A stretch of 64,000 bases of DNA from an archaeon (GTDB lineage Archaea > Iainarchaeota > Iainarchaeia > Iainarchaeales > JAAZKV01): assembly GCA_041659525.1 (NCBI GenBank), contig JBAZYC010000001.1, positions 653,731 to 717,730 of the forward strand, given 5' to 3'. Position numbers and translations under genes: made by a program. The notes beneath the pieces were generated by a model that made no database searches, was not told the origin of the DNA, and worked only from the letters and a program-made list of their open reading frames with translations. Position 1 is the first letter of the stretch; the number at the start of each line of letters is the position of its first letter. Below are positions 8,535 through 18,246 of this stretch, in pieces.

Positions 8535-9431
8535 ATGAGTGGACGAGAACGAGACGATGCTCCTGATTATAAGAAGGAGAAAAAAAGAGTAGACGGAAGA
8601 AAAATGGATGAGTTAAGACCATTAAGCATAAAGGTAGGCGTGCTACCAAATGCAGACGGCTCAGCTTATTTAGAATGGGGACAGAACAAAGTTTATGCAG
8701 CCGTGTTTGGACCAAGAGAAGCTTTACCAAAGCACACTCAAAATCCATACAAAGCGGTAGTAAAATTAAATTACCGAATGGCAACTTTCTCAGTTCCAGA
8801 AAGAAAACAACCAAGACCAAATAGAAGAGATTCAGAAATCTCAAAAGTTTTAGGAGAAGCACTTGATAAAGCAATTTTTACTGAGCAATTCCCTAACACA
8901 GAAATTTCTATAATCGTTGAAGTTGTTGATTCAAACGCAGGTTCAAGAGTTGCTTGCTTAACTGCTGCTTCATGCGCTTTAGCTGATGCAGGAATCCCAA
9001 TGAGAGACTTAGTTTCTGCTACGGGAGTAGGAAAAGCATTCAATGAATTAATCGTTGATTTGAATAAAGAAGAAGAAGATGCTTCTGACGCAGTAGATAT
9101 TCCAATTGCAATACTACCTAATTCAGAAGAAATTGTTCTACTACAAATGGACGGACTTTTGACTAAAGAAGAGCTTGACAAAATAATGCCAATGGCAATG
9201 AAAGCTTGTAAGCAAGTATATGAAGTACAAAAGAAAGCTTTGCAAGAAAAATTCAAGTTAACTGAAGTATCAGAAGCTAACGTTGAAGCAGAAGTTGCTG
9301 GAAAAGATTCTAAAGACTCTAAAGAGTCCAAGGACAAAGTTCCTGCAAAAGAGTCTAAAGACTCTAAAGAATCTAAAGATTCTAAGAAAGATTCAAAGAA
9401 AGACGCAAAAGCTAAGAAGGTGAAAAAATGA
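8535..9431 (+). CDS. rrp41: Exosome catalytic subunit Rrp41 (RNase PH fold) with a K/S/D-rich C-terminal tail
   Basis: RVDGRKMDELRPLSIKVGVLPNADGSAYLEWGQNKVYAAVFGPRE. ATG at 8535 after GGTGA. The tail is KDSKDSKESKD...KKVKK. Confidence 0.9.
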   Translation: MSGRERDDAPDYKKEKKRVDGRKMDELRPLSIKVGVLPNADGSAYLEWGQNKVYAAVFGPREALPKHTQNPYKAVVKLNYRMATFSVPERKQPRPNRRDSEISKVLGEALDKAIFTEQFPNTEISIIVEVVDSNAGSRVACLTAASCALADAGIPMRDLVSATGVGKAFNELIVDLNKEEEDASDAVDIPIAILPNSEEIVLLQMDGLLTKEELDKIMPMAMKACKQVYEVQKKALQEKFKLTEVSEANVEAEVAGKDSKDSKESKDKVPAKESKDSKESKDSKKDSKKDAKAKKVKK

Positions 9432-10228
9432 GAACTACAGTACTTGAATACGATGTTTCAAAAATAACTGAACTTGCAAGACAAGGAAAAAGACTTGATG
9501 GAAGAGCTCTTGATCAAATGAGAGATTTCACTATTGAGACTGATAGATACTTGAATGCAGAAGGATCAGCAAGAATACTTTTAGGTAACACTGAAGTAAT
9601 CGCAGGAATAAAAATTGCTGTAGACAAACCTTATCCTGATAATCAAGACGAAGGAGCAATTTCTGTTGGAGCTGAACTATTACCATTAGCTCACTCTGAA
9701 TACGAAGCTGGTCCCCCCTCAATGGATGAGATTGAAGTAGCTAGAGTTGTAGATAGAGGAATTAGAGAAAGTAAAGCAATCGATTTCACAAAGCTTTGTA
9801 TAAAAGAAGGGGAATCTTGCTGGGTAGCTTTCATGGATTTCTACGCAATTAACTCTGATGGAAACTTGTTTGATGCTGGTTCAATTGCAGGACTTGCAGC
9901 TTTCATGAACGCAAAAATGCCTAAGCTTAATGATAAAAATAGAATAATTAAGCACGAGTATGAAGGAAAAATAGAATTAAAGAGATTACCTCTTTTAACA
10001 ACTTTTGTAAAAGTTGGTGGAAAGATAATGGTTGATCCAACATACTTAGAAGAGAAAGCAGCAGAGAGCAGATTTTCAGTTGCAACAACTGAAGATGGCT
10101 TTATGAGTGCAATGCAAAAAGGAATGGGTGGCTCATTTACTGCCGATGAAATAAATATGATGGTAGATAAAGCATTCATTATAGCAGCTGAAAATAGAAA
10201 AAAGTTGCTAAAAATGGTAAAAAGGTAA
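9428..10228 (+). CDS. rrp42: Exosome subunit Rrp42 (RNase PH fold, non-catalytic)
   Basis: RLDGRALDQMRDFTIETD...AEGSARILLGNTEVIAGIK. Its start overlaps the rrp41 stop by 4 nt (ATGA). Confidence 0.9.
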   Translation: MRTTVLEYDVSKITELARQGKRLDGRALDQMRDFTIETDRYLNAEGSARILLGNTEVIAGIKIAVDKPYPDNQDEGAISVGAELLPLAHSEYEAGPPSMDEIEVARVVDRGIRESKAIDFTKLCIKEGESCWVAFMDFYAINSDGNLFDAGSIAGLAAFMNAKMPKLNDKNRIIKHEYEGKIELKRLPLLTTFVKVGGKIMVDPTYLEEKAAESRFSVATTEDGFMSAMQKGMGGSFTADEINMMVDKAFIIAAENRKKLLKMVKR

Positions 10229-10242
10229 ATAAAGTTGTTTAG

Positions 10243-10285
10243 CTTTGAGGCTGGGTCAAAAAAAGGCCCTAGCCTTGAAGTTTTT
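10243..10285 (+). terminator. Imperfect hairpin plus T-run after rrp42
   Basis: CTTTGAGGCTGGG ... CCCTAGCCTTGAAG inverted repeat followed by TTTTT. Confidence 0.45.
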
Positions 10286-10325
10286 AAAGCTTTGTAATTG
10301 ATAAATTTGTATTGGTGAGCTAAAT

Positions 10326-10769
10326 ATGGGGAATACTAAAAAAGTTGGAACAGCTGGAAGATTCAGTTCTAGATACGGTGTTGGAGTAAGAAAAAGAGTT
10401 GTAGCCGTTGAAAATAAAATGGAGAGACACATTACTTGTCCTTTCTGCGGATTTGCTCAAGCAAAGAGAATCGCTCCTGGATTATATTTATGTAAAAAAT
10501 GCGAAGCTAAATTTACTGGCGGAGCATACGAACCAAAGACTTTGGTTGGAAAAACAATTAGCAAAATGGTTTCACAAAAACAATTTGCTGCTAGTGCACA
10601 AGTGTTAGAAACTGTAAAAGAATCTTCTTTCTCTGATATTGAAAAAGAAGTTGAAAGAGCTTTGAATAATGATAATAAAACAGCTGACTCACCAAGAGAA
10701 AACAACGAAAAGAAATCTAAGAAAAAAAGAGAAGCTGTTGTTGAATCAGAAACTAACGAAGAGAACTAA
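10326..10769 (+). CDS. rpl37ae: 50S ribosomal protein L37Ae (L43e) with a ~60-aa charged C-terminal extension
   Basis: TAGRFSSRYGVGVRKR start and a CPFCG...CKKC zinc ribbon. The extension runs beyond ~aa 85. Confidence 0.9.
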   Translation: MGNTKKVGTAGRFSSRYGVGVRKRVVAVENKMERHITCPFCGFAQAKRIAPGLYLCKKCEAKFTGGAYEPKTLVGKTISKMVSQKQFAASAQVLETVKESSFSDIEKEVERALNNDNKTADSPRENNEKKSKKKREAVVESETNEEN

Positions 10770-10782
10770 AGGGTGAAATAAA

Positions 10783-10917
10783 ATGGCTTACAAATGTGCT
10801 AAATGCGGAACAGAAGTAACAAATGTTTCTGAAGGACTTGTTAGATGTCCATCATGCGGACACAGAATATTATACAAAACAAGAGAACCAATTTCAAAAA
10901 CAATTAGAACTGATTAA
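10783..10917 (+). CDS. rpoP: DNA-directed RNA polymerase subunit P (Rpo12/RpoP)
   Basis: Not in the ORF track (44 aa): MAYKCAKCGTEVTNVSEGLVRCPSCGHRILYKTREPISKTIRTD. CxxC...CxxC zinc ribbon. GGGTGA SD 6 nt upstream. Confidence 0.85.
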   Translation: MAYKCAKCGTEVTNVSEGLVRCPSCGHRILYKTREPISKTIRTD

Positions 10918-10924
10918 ATTAAAC

Positions 10925-10968
10925 CTAAAGCAGGAAAGGAAATCTTTAGTTCCTGCTTTTTTATTTTT
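10925..10968 (+). terminator. Hairpin plus T-tract after rpoP
   Basis: AAGCAGGAA ... TTCCTGCTT stem followed by TTTTTTATTTTT. Confidence 0.5.
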
Positions 10969-11205
10969 ATGTTTTCACTTGTTGTAAAACTAGCATTTGA
11001 TTCAAAAGAAAGTGCAAAGCGTTTCTTTAAATCAATAGAGCCAGAACTTTGTGAAGATTTTTTGAGAAGTAAATTAACTATTTCTCAAAAAGAAAGTTCA
11101 TTAGAAATTAAGGTTAGCGCTCAAGACAAAACAGCTTTAAGGGCTTCGCTTAACTCAATATTAAAGCCAATAGTGTTATTTGAACAATTGGAAAAGATGA
11201 ATTAG
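10969..11205 (+). CDS. pcc1: KEOPS subunit Pcc1-like protein
   Basis: 78 aa. The A.DKTALRASLNSILKPI segment matches the Pcc1/CTAG signature as I remember it. Superoperon position. Confidence 0.6.
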   Translation: MFSLVVKLAFDSKESAKRFFKSIEPELCEDFLRSKLTISQKESSLEIKVSAQDKTALRASLNSILKPIVLFEQLEKMN

Positions 11206-11253
11206 TAATTTTTAATATGTAAGGATTTATTTTTATTTTTTGGAGGAATTTTG

Positions 11254-11634
11254 ATGGATGAAGGAGAACAAAGAGCAATGATTCTCGAATTTGAGAAGAA
11301 TAGACAAATGTTGATGGGTATAACTCAACAAAAACAACAAATAACAATGCAACTTGAAATGATGACTGCTTCTCTTGAAGAACTTGCTAAAACTAAAGAG
11401 AAAACTGTTTACAAAGTAGTTGGAAACGTTTTGTTCCAAAAAGATGCTAAAGAAATGGAAAAAGAATTAAAAGAAAAGAAAGATGTTTATGAATTAAGAC
11501 TAAAAACTGTTGAAAAACAAGAAGACACTTTAGTAAAGAAACTTAATTCAATCAGAGCAAAAATCGAGGGCACAGAAAAAGATAGTGTTCCTGCAAACGA
11601 AAAAGAAGAAAAATCTGATAAGAAAAGAAAGTAA
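11254..11634 (+). CDS. pfdB: Prefoldin beta subunit
   Basis: Two coiled-coil arms flanking a VYKVVGNVLFQKD beta-hairpin core; ~125 aa. Confidence 0.85.
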   Translation: MDEGEQRAMILEFEKNRQMLMGITQQKQQITMQLEMMTASLEELAKTKEKTVYKVVGNVLFQKDAKEMEKELKEKKDVYELRLKTVEKQEDTLVKKLNSIRAKIEGTEKDSVPANEKEEKSDKKRK

Positions 11635-11730
11635 ATTAATTCTATTGTAAAATACTTGCGTTTTGATAAGCGCGAGTATTTTTTAATTTTATTAGGGAGT
11701 ATTAATATACTCAAAAAGGTTGTCTCTTAT

Positions 11731-12978
11731 ATGATTAACAATAAACTTACTAAATATTTGTCTGTGCCTTCTATTGTTCAAACTGGGCAGAAAATTTCAA
11801 GTAGTTGTTTAAATTTTGTTGACATCCTAAGCAAACCTAAACTAAAAGTTGCTTTAATTACTTATTATTTTGAAAAACCTTCTCATAATGGGACTGCGAT
11901 ACATGTTCAAAATTTAGCAAAATATCTTTCAGAGCATGATTGTGAAGTTCATGTTTTTTGTACAGGGAAAGAAGATTTTATTTATAAAGATGGAAAAGTC
12001 ATTGTTCACACAATCGGAAAAGTATTTTCTTCACTAAATATGAATGTGCCCAAAACTAGATTAGAATATGACCTTTTTGAATCAGAAGTAGTTAAATCAA
12101 TAATAAGAGAAAATACTAAAAAACAATTTGATATTATACACACACATGGTGAACTTGTAAAAGCTGCTTTTATATTAAAAAAAGTTTATGGTATAAAATG
12201 GATTCACACTTTTCATGCAATAGAAAAATTAAGAGTTGAACAGTTAAGCGTAGAAGAAAAAGAATTTGGGGATTTAATATCTTGGATTGAAAGTACTACT
12301 AATTATTGCGATGGAGCAATTTTTGTATCTAAAGATTTGCTAAAAGAAGGAGTAAAATATTATAAGTTGAAATCTATGCGGGTTATTCCTAACGGAGTTG
12401 ATTTAAGTTTATTTAATTATACTCCTTTGCGTAAAAAAAATGTTTTGTTTATTGGGAGGTTTAGTAAAGACAAAGGTATTCACTATATGCCTAAACTAAT
12501 TGAAATTGTAATGTCTGTTCCAAATGCAACTTTTACTATTTGTGCACCATATGAAACACCAACTCCTGAGTTAAAAGCAATAGAAAAAAGAATTCATGAT
12601 CAAAAAAAAGTGTTTGGTGATCGCTTAATTTTAATTTTGCAAGCCCAAAGACAAGATGTTATAAGAGATTTGTACAAAGAGTGTCAAGTATATATTCAGC
12701 CTTCTAAGTATGAATCTTTTGGATTATGCATTGTTGAAGCAATGGCTACTGGTCGGCCCGTAGTCGCATTTCATGTTGGAGGAATTCCTGAAGTAATTGG
12801 TGGTGCTGGTTTTACTGTGGAAAATATAAATGCTTTTGTGAACAAAATTAAAGAGTTATTAAAAGATGAATCAACTTGTGTTAGTATCGGAAAACAAGCA
12901 AGTATTAGGGCAAAAAGTTTTGATTGGGATTTAATAACTCAACAAACAATTAAATATTATAAAGAGGTTATGAAATGA
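11731..12978 (+). CDS. Glycosyltransferase family 4 (GT-B)
   Basis: KVALITYYF...NGTAIHV N-domain and C-terminal ESFGLCIVEAMATGRPVVA (E..G...EAMA.G.PV motif). ATG at 11731 inside the track ORF. Confidence 0.8.
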   Translation: MINNKLTKYLSVPSIVQTGQKISSSCLNFVDILSKPKLKVALITYYFEKPSHNGTAIHVQNLAKYLSEHDCEVHVFCTGKEDFIYKDGKVIVHTIGKVFSSLNMNVPKTRLEYDLFESEVVKSIIRENTKKQFDIIHTHGELVKAAFILKKVYGIKWIHTFHAIEKLRVEQLSVEEKEFGDLISWIESTTNYCDGAIFVSKDLLKEGVKYYKLKSMRVIPNGVDLSLFNYTPLRKKNVLFIGRFSKDKGIHYMPKLIEIVMSVPNATFTICAPYETPTPELKAIEKRIHDQKKVFGDRLILILQAQRQDVIRDLYKECQVYIQPSKYESFGLCIVEAMATGRPVVAFHVGGIPEVIGGAGFTVENINAFVNKIKELLKDESTCVSIGKQASIRAKSFDWDLITQQTIKYYKEVMK

Positions 12979-13586
12979 TTGAAAATTTAATTGAAAGTAT
13001 TTTTTATCCGTTTCTGTTAATTATTATAGGCTTTTTTGTTGCCTCTTTGTTTTTAATATTTTTTAATCATGTTTCCATAAAACTTATAAAACTCTTTCAG
13101 TTGTATCCTGAATCAAAAGGAATTTTAGTAACTTCATTCAGATTTATTTCTTGGTTTATTAGTGCTGCGATTTTTTTGTTATTTTTAAGACTGGCTTTAA
13201 AAATATGGGGGCTTGATTTTACATTGAGTATTATTGAGGCCGTAATAGTTGCTTCGCCAAAGTACATTATCGCTATTCTTGTTATTCTTTGTGGTTTTTA
13301 TGTGTCTAGAATAATACACGAAAAATCAAAGGATTACGATTTTGAATATAGGAATCGGATTTTGGTGGTTATAGACTTTATAATTCACATGACTTTTGTA
13401 TTTACTGCATTGTATGTTATTGGAGTGAATATAACTTTCTTTTTAGAATTTTACAAAGCGGTTTTGCTTGTAGTGGGTGCGATTTTGGTTTTGGTTATAA
13501 GTATGACAATAGGGATTCCTTTAGGGATTAATGTATATGAAAGAATGAAAGTTGAGAAAAAAACAAAATTAAAGAAAAGAAAATAA
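12975..13586 (+). CDS. Hypothetical polytopic membrane protein
   Basis: 4-5 hydrophobic helices. The 4-nt ATGA overlap with the upstream GT4 gene implies co-translation. Confidence 0.6.
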   Translation: MIENLIESIFYPFLLIIIGFFVASLFLIFFNHVSIKLIKLFQLYPESKGILVTSFRFISWFISAAIFLLFLRLALKIWGLDFTLSIIEAVIVASPKYIIAILVILCGFYVSRIIHEKSKDYDFEYRNRILVVIDFIIHMTFVFTALYVIGVNITFFLEFYKAVLLVVGAILVLVISMTIGIPLGINVYERMKVEKKTKLKKRK

Positions 13587-13673
13587 TCGCTGTGTTTGAG
13601 CTTGTTTTTATAAGCCTCTTATTTATTTTAGCAATCTATAATAACTACTTTAGGTCTAGTATTCATAGTGTTT

Positions 13674-14711
13674 ATGTCTAAACTTACTCCTCAAAAGTTA
13701 ATCAAGTTGTGCAAGAAGAAGAGTGTTCTTTTGTTGTGTCATGATAATGCTGACCTTGATTCTTTTTGTTCTGCAGCAATTATTCAAAGATTTCTAAAAA
13801 AGAAGGGAATTAGTTCTTCAATTGGGGTTCCCAGTCATATTAATGATCAGGCTCAGAATTTTGCTTTTGGTGAGAGAGTTTCTTTTACAATTAACCCTAA
13901 TTTAAAAGAATTTGAACTTGTTTTGCTTTTTGATTTAAATGATTTTAATCAACTTGGAAAATTAAAAAAGGAGTTTGAAACTCTTCTTAATTGCAAATGC
14001 ATTAAAGTAATTGTTTTTGATCATCATGTTCCGCATGAAAAGAGTATTGTAAATAAATCAAATTCTGTAATTGATTCGACTTGTGTTTCGACCACTCAAG
14101 TTACTTACAATTTCCTGGTTGGGCAAAACAAGGTTTTGCAACCCCCAAAAAAGAAACGCTTTTTCTTGGACACTCTGGACAATAAGATGAATTTTTGGAA
14201 TTGTATTGGTATATTAGAAGACACTGGTCACTTTACAGTAGGGAATACTAACGCTTTCACCTCTTTTTCAAATTCTTTAAAGAATTCAAAGAAAAGTTAT
14301 TCTGATGTATTAAATTATTCAAGGCATGTTATCCCTGATGGAGAGAGAATTGCTTTCTTAAAAGCTGCAAAAAGAGCACAAATAATAAAAATTGGTGAAG
14401 CAATTGTTGTAACTAGTGAACTTTCTTTTTACCAGAGTGCTGCGGCAACAAAACTTCTTAGTTTTGGAGCAGATATTGCGCTTGTTTGCGGTAAAGAAAA
14501 AACTGGGTTAACCACTCTTTCTGTAAGAGCAGAGAGTGGGTTTTGTAATAAACACAAATTTAATTTAGTAAAAGATTTGCTAACTTCCCTTCAAAAACAA
14601 TTTAGTGGTGAAATGGGTGGGCACTCAGGTGCTGCTCAATGGAAAGGAAAAGTTCTACCCACTCAAATTTTGAGTGAATGTATCTCTATTCTTAGAAAAA
14701 AGTTAATTTGA
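13674..14711 (+). CDS. DHH/DHHA1 phosphoesterase (NrnA/RecJ-like)
   Basis: CHDNADLDS (motif I/II), VFDHH (DHH motif), GGHSGAAQ (DHHA1 GGH motif). Confidence 0.8.
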   Translation: MSKLTPQKLIKLCKKKSVLLLCHDNADLDSFCSAAIIQRFLKKKGISSSIGVPSHINDQAQNFAFGERVSFTINPNLKEFELVLLFDLNDFNQLGKLKKEFETLLNCKCIKVIVFDHHVPHEKSIVNKSNSVIDSTCVSTTQVTYNFLVGQNKVLQPPKKKRFFLDTLDNKMNFWNCIGILEDTGHFTVGNTNAFTSFSNSLKNSKKSYSDVLNYSRHVIPDGERIAFLKAAKRAQIIKIGEAIVVTSELSFYQSAAATKLLSFGADIALVCGKEKTGLTTLSVRAESGFCNKHKFNLVKDLLTSLQKQFSGEMGGHSGAAQWKGKVLPTQILSECISILRKKLI

Positions 14712-14736
14712 ATAAGAAAGATTTTTTTTAATTAAT

Positions 14737-15144
14737 TTACTTCAAATAAACTACGTTTGCGCCTTTCTTTATTTTGCCTCTGTCAGCGTATTTTAGTAAA
14801 TAGTGTACAGTTGATTTTGGAATATTAGTTATTTTCTCGATTTCTCTTACTGTTTGGAAATCTTTTCTTAGTTCAATTATTTGAAGCATTTTATCCATTG
14901 GGATGTCAATTGCTCTTCCTCTTCTTTTTTCAATTGCAAGTGAGATTCCTTTTTCTTTTAATTTCTTTTGTGTTTTTGTTGGCAATCTTTTTAGGCAGGA
15001 GGAGGAAAGAGTAATTGTTCTAATAGGGCATCTTGAAACTAGGTTTAGTAATTTTTCTTTTTTTATTGGTCTTACTAAGTGTATTTCTGCAGTGTCGCGG
15101 GGAATTTTTTCAATGTCAGTTTCTTCTGTTATAGAGTATTTCAT
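14737..15144 (-). CDS. Small protein with C-terminal helix-turn-helix
   Basis: TVREIEKITNIPKSTVHYLLKY resembles a resolvase-type HTH. Starts 4 nt downstream of the PHP gene on the same strand. Confidence 0.5.
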   Translation of the reverse strand: MKYSITEETDIEKIPRDTAEIHLVRPIKKEKLLNLVSRCPIRTITLSSSCLKRLPTKTQKKLKEKGISLAIEKRRGRAIDIPMDKMLQIIELRKDFQTVREIEKITNIPKSTVHYLLKYADRGKIKKGANVVYLK

Positions 15145-15147
15145 TTT

Positions 15148-16206
15148 TTATAACCCCATCTTTTTCTTCAAGTTTTTTATTCTTTTTTTGAGTTCTAATT
15201 TTGGCATTTTTGTCTTGATTTGTCCAAGATTTGCCTCTTTAGATATTCTTTTTATTGTTTTTATTCTTTTGCTTAAGTGTATTTTCTTAGAAATTTTGCC
15301 AGTAATTGCACTTTTTCTTGTTCCTGCGCTTTTTTTAGTTAAATAAGCAAGTCCTTCAATTAGTTCTTTTCTTCCAATTATATCAACTGGATTCTTTGAA
15401 TAAATATTTGGGCCCTTCCAAAGAGTTTCTTTTTTTCTAATCATATTCAAAAAGTCTTTTTCGTTCTTTGGTTTTCTTTTTAATTCAATTATTGAGCTTC
15501 CAATTGAACGCGGATAGTGAGCATCGCTTCCCACTGTAACAAAAGAAGCGTTATTTGAAAAAATCATTCCTTTTTTTACTCTGTTTAGTGTATCTTCTGC
15601 TAGTTTTTCAATTTTTTCTTTAGTAGGTTTAGTAGTTTTGCTTAATCTTAGTGCACTAGTTGCTTTATTTTTTTCAACAAAACTTAAGGCTCCATAGAAT
15701 TTCTTTGCCCAGTTTCTTCCAAACAATAATTCGTTTGCGCTAGCAAGCATTCCATTGTAATATTCAATTCCTATTTTATATTTTTTTAATAATTGCTTTG
15801 TTTTAACTTCTCCAATTACTTCGCAAGTAGAATCTGTTTTGTATCCAAATGGATGAGCAAAGCTTGCTAGTAAATGGTTTTCATTAACAGCTTTTAGTGC
15901 TTTTTCAATATCAACATTCATTTTTTGAAGCAAAGGGATATCATAAACGCTTTCGTCCCATCCATAGATTAGTAAATCTCCTGCACTTGTTTTTGCTTCA
16001 AAACCCGGTATTAGCATTATTCCTTTTGGTTGAGTTTCTTTTAGTCTCAAATAGGCTTCTTTTGGTTTGTAATTAGAGTGTTCAGTTATTGCTACTATTG
16101 TTAATTTTTTCTCTTTAACTGCTTTCCACCAATCACTTGTTTTGAGCTTTTTTTCGATTAAGTGGGTGTGCATATCCACAATGACAGGGTTCTTTTTTCT
16201 TTGCAT
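15148..16206 (-). CDS. PHP-domain metal-dependent phosphoesterase with a lysine-rich tail
   Basis: DMHTHL, ITEHSNY and GSDAHYP histidine motifs of the PHP fold. Confidence 0.7.
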   Translation of the reverse strand: MQRKKNPVIVDMHTHLIEKKLKTSDWWKAVKEKKLTIVAITEHSNYKPKEAYLRLKETQPKGIMLIPGFEAKTSAGDLLIYGWDESVYDIPLLQKMNVDIEKALKAVNENHLLASFAHPFGYKTDSTCEVIGEVKTKQLLKKYKIGIEYYNGMLASANELLFGRNWAKKFYGALSFVEKNKATSALRLSKTTKPTKEKIEKLAEDTLNRVKKGMIFSNNASFVTVGSDAHYPRSIGSSIIELKRKPKNEKDFLNMIRKKETLWKGPNIYSKNPVDIIGRKELIEGLAYLTKKSAGTRKSAITGKISKKIHLSKRIKTIKRISKEANLGQIKTKMPKLELKKRIKNLKKKMGL

Positions 16207-16318
16207 GTATATTTTTGCGTCAAACTACTTTAAATATTCTCTTTTCTTGGACATTGGCAAGGTCAAAAAACCTATTTTAATAATGTTTTGGCTCAAGAAT
16301 TAATTATAGGTGACTTGT

Positions 16319-17593
16319 TTGATTGACTCAAAAATTATTAGAGAAAACCCAGAAATGGTGAAAACTAACTTAATGAAGAGAAAGAATCCTGCTGTAATTA
16401 AAAAGTTAGATTCATGGGTAGCTTCTGATAATCAATGGCGTAAATTAAAACAAGAAGTGGATGATTTGCGTGCGAAGAGAAATGTTATTACTGAAGAGAT
16501 TAAAGTAGCTAAATCTAGTGGTAAAGATATTGCTTCTCTTTTAGCTAAAGCTAAACTTCTTCCTGAGGAACTAAAACAAAAAGAAATTCAACTTAAGGAA
16601 CTTGAAGTTCAAAATAAAGCTTTGTTAATGAGTATTCCTAATATTTTACTTGAAGATGTTTCTTTTGGAAAAGATGAAACTGAAAATGAAGTAGTTCGTT
16701 CTTTTGGGGTAGCGAAAAAAATTGATGGGCTCAAGCATCACGGTCAATTCGTTGAAGGATTGGGTATTGCTGAATTTAATAGAGCAGTAAAAATTTCTGG
16801 AGAAGGATTTTATGCACTAAAAGGAGATTTGGCTCTTCTTAATTTGGCTTTACTAAATTATGCGGTTGAACTTTTATCGAAAAGAGGGTTCTCTTTAGTA
16901 ATTCCTCCTGCTATGATGAATAGAAAATCTTATGAAGGAGTTACTGATTTAGGGGATTTTGAAAGTGTAATGTACAAAATTGAGGGCGAGGATCATTATA
17001 TGATTGCTACTGCGGAGCACCCATTAACTGCAATGTATATGGATGAAACTATTGAAGAAAAAGATCTTCCAATAGTTCAAGTAGGTTATTCTACTAATTT
17101 TAGAAAAGAAATAGGAAAACATGGTCTTGATGAAAGAGGGCTTTTTAGATTGCATCAATTTGATAAAGTTGAGCAAATAGTTTTCTGTAAGCCCGAAGAT
17201 AGTGCTAAATGGCATGAAGAAATGGTGAAGAATGCTGAGGATTTTGTTAAAGCAATGGAACTTCCTTATAGAGTAGTAAAAATTTGTACAGGGGATATTG
17301 GTACTGTTGCTGCAAAGAAATATGATATTGAGTGTTGGTCTCCAAGAGAAGGAAAGTATTTTGAAACTCATTCTTTGAGTAATTGTACTTCTTACCAAGC
17401 TACTAGATTGAATATTAAATATAAAAATGCAAAAGGAGAAAAAGAATATCTTCACACTCTTAACGCTACTGAGGTTGCAATTCCTAGAATGCTAAGAGCA
17501 ATAATTGAGAATCACCAAACAAAAGAAGGGACAATTAAAGTTCCAAAAGCACTTGTTCCTTATATGTATGGTAAAACAGAGATCAAAGCTTAA
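16319..17593 (+). CDS. serS: Seryl-tRNA synthetase
   Basis: N-terminal coiled-coil arm. Class II motifs (FRKE..G..GLFRLHQFDKVEQ, TAEHPL, GTVAAKKYDIE). The likely TTG start at 16319 sits 5 nt after GGTGA and gives MIDSKIIRENPE (track start 16310). Confidence 0.9.
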   Translation: MIDSKIIRENPEMVKTNLMKRKNPAVIKKLDSWVASDNQWRKLKQEVDDLRAKRNVITEEIKVAKSSGKDIASLLAKAKLLPEELKQKEIQLKELEVQNKALLMSIPNILLEDVSFGKDETENEVVRSFGVAKKIDGLKHHGQFVEGLGIAEFNRAVKISGEGFYALKGDLALLNLALLNYAVELLSKRGFSLVIPPAMMNRKSYEGVTDLGDFESVMYKIEGEDHYMIATAEHPLTAMYMDETIEEKDLPIVQVGYSTNFRKEIGKHGLDERGLFRLHQFDKVEQIVFCKPEDSAKWHEEMVKNAEDFVKAMELPYRVVKICTGDIGTVAAKKYDIECWSPREGKYFETHSLSNCTSYQATRLNIKYKNAKGEKEYLHTLNATEVAIPRMLRAIIENHQTKEGTIKVPKALVPYMYGKTEIKA

Positions 17594-17673
17594 CGCTTTG
17601 ATTTTTTATTCTTTTTTTTATAAAACTTTTTAATTTTATTTTTTAAATAAGGTTTTTTTTTAGTTTTATTTTT

Positions 17674-18246
17674 TTATTCGTGGCTTAGTTGGTCTTGTAC
17701 CATTTTATTAGAGAAATCAAACTCTGTTTTTGGTTTTACTATAAATTTGCATCGCTCTCCGCTAATTGCAGCGCATTCTGTTTCTACGCAATCAATATCT
17801 TCTTCAAAGATTTTTGAAAATACACCTGCGAGTACTCCGCGAAGGAAAGTATCTGCGGGGAGTTGTGTTTTTGATTTTAGTGCAGTTGCAAATGGAGAAC
17901 TGTCAACCACAAGAATTGCCCTTTTTGCTTCTGATTGAACATCAATACTTTGAATATGTCCCCATCCAGATGCGGTAAAAAATGTTTCAATTAGTTCTAG
18001 TTCTTTTTTCTTTTCTACTCCAAAATTTGCCCCAAATTCTTTCATTAAATTTTCTTGAGTGCTTTTTTTAGTAGTTAAATAAATTTTTTTCAAGAATTCA
18101 GTATCTTGTACTCCTGCAATTCCAGTAAGTGAATCAATTGGGGCAATTACAAAGGGAATATCTACTAAGTAGAAGTTGTTGTGAGTGTACTTCAGGGTGC
18201 TTGTGAAAATGAATTTATCAAAAAAATTGTTAAGCATTCTTTTCAC
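17674..18246 (-). CDS. V4R (4-vinyl reductase) domain protein
   Basis: C-terminal DCVETECAAISGERCKFIVKP matches the V4R E..C...G..C.F pattern. Confidence 0.6.
   Translation of the reverse strand: MKRMLNNFFDKFIFTSTLKYTHNNFYLVDIPFVIAPIDSLTGIAGVQDTEFLKKIYLTTKKSTQENLMKEFGANFGVEKKKELELIETFFTASGWGHIQSIDVQSEAKRAILVVDSSPFATALKSKTQLPADTFLRGVLAGVFSKIFEEDIDCVETECAAISGERCKFIVKPKTEFDFSNKMVQDQLSHE

Noticed and set aside
8485-9337. Antisense ORFs 8485..8874 and 8771..9337 inside rrp41
   Set aside because: They lie opposite a confidently identified RNase PH-fold gene. Their low-complexity composition mirrors the sense strand.
9290-9420. Short tandem DNA repeats (TCTAAAGA-type), considered as a CRISPR or satellite array
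   Set aside because: The units are 9-18 nt, in frame, and encode the KDSKESK tail of Rrp41. There is no spacer/repeat architecture and there are no cas genes.
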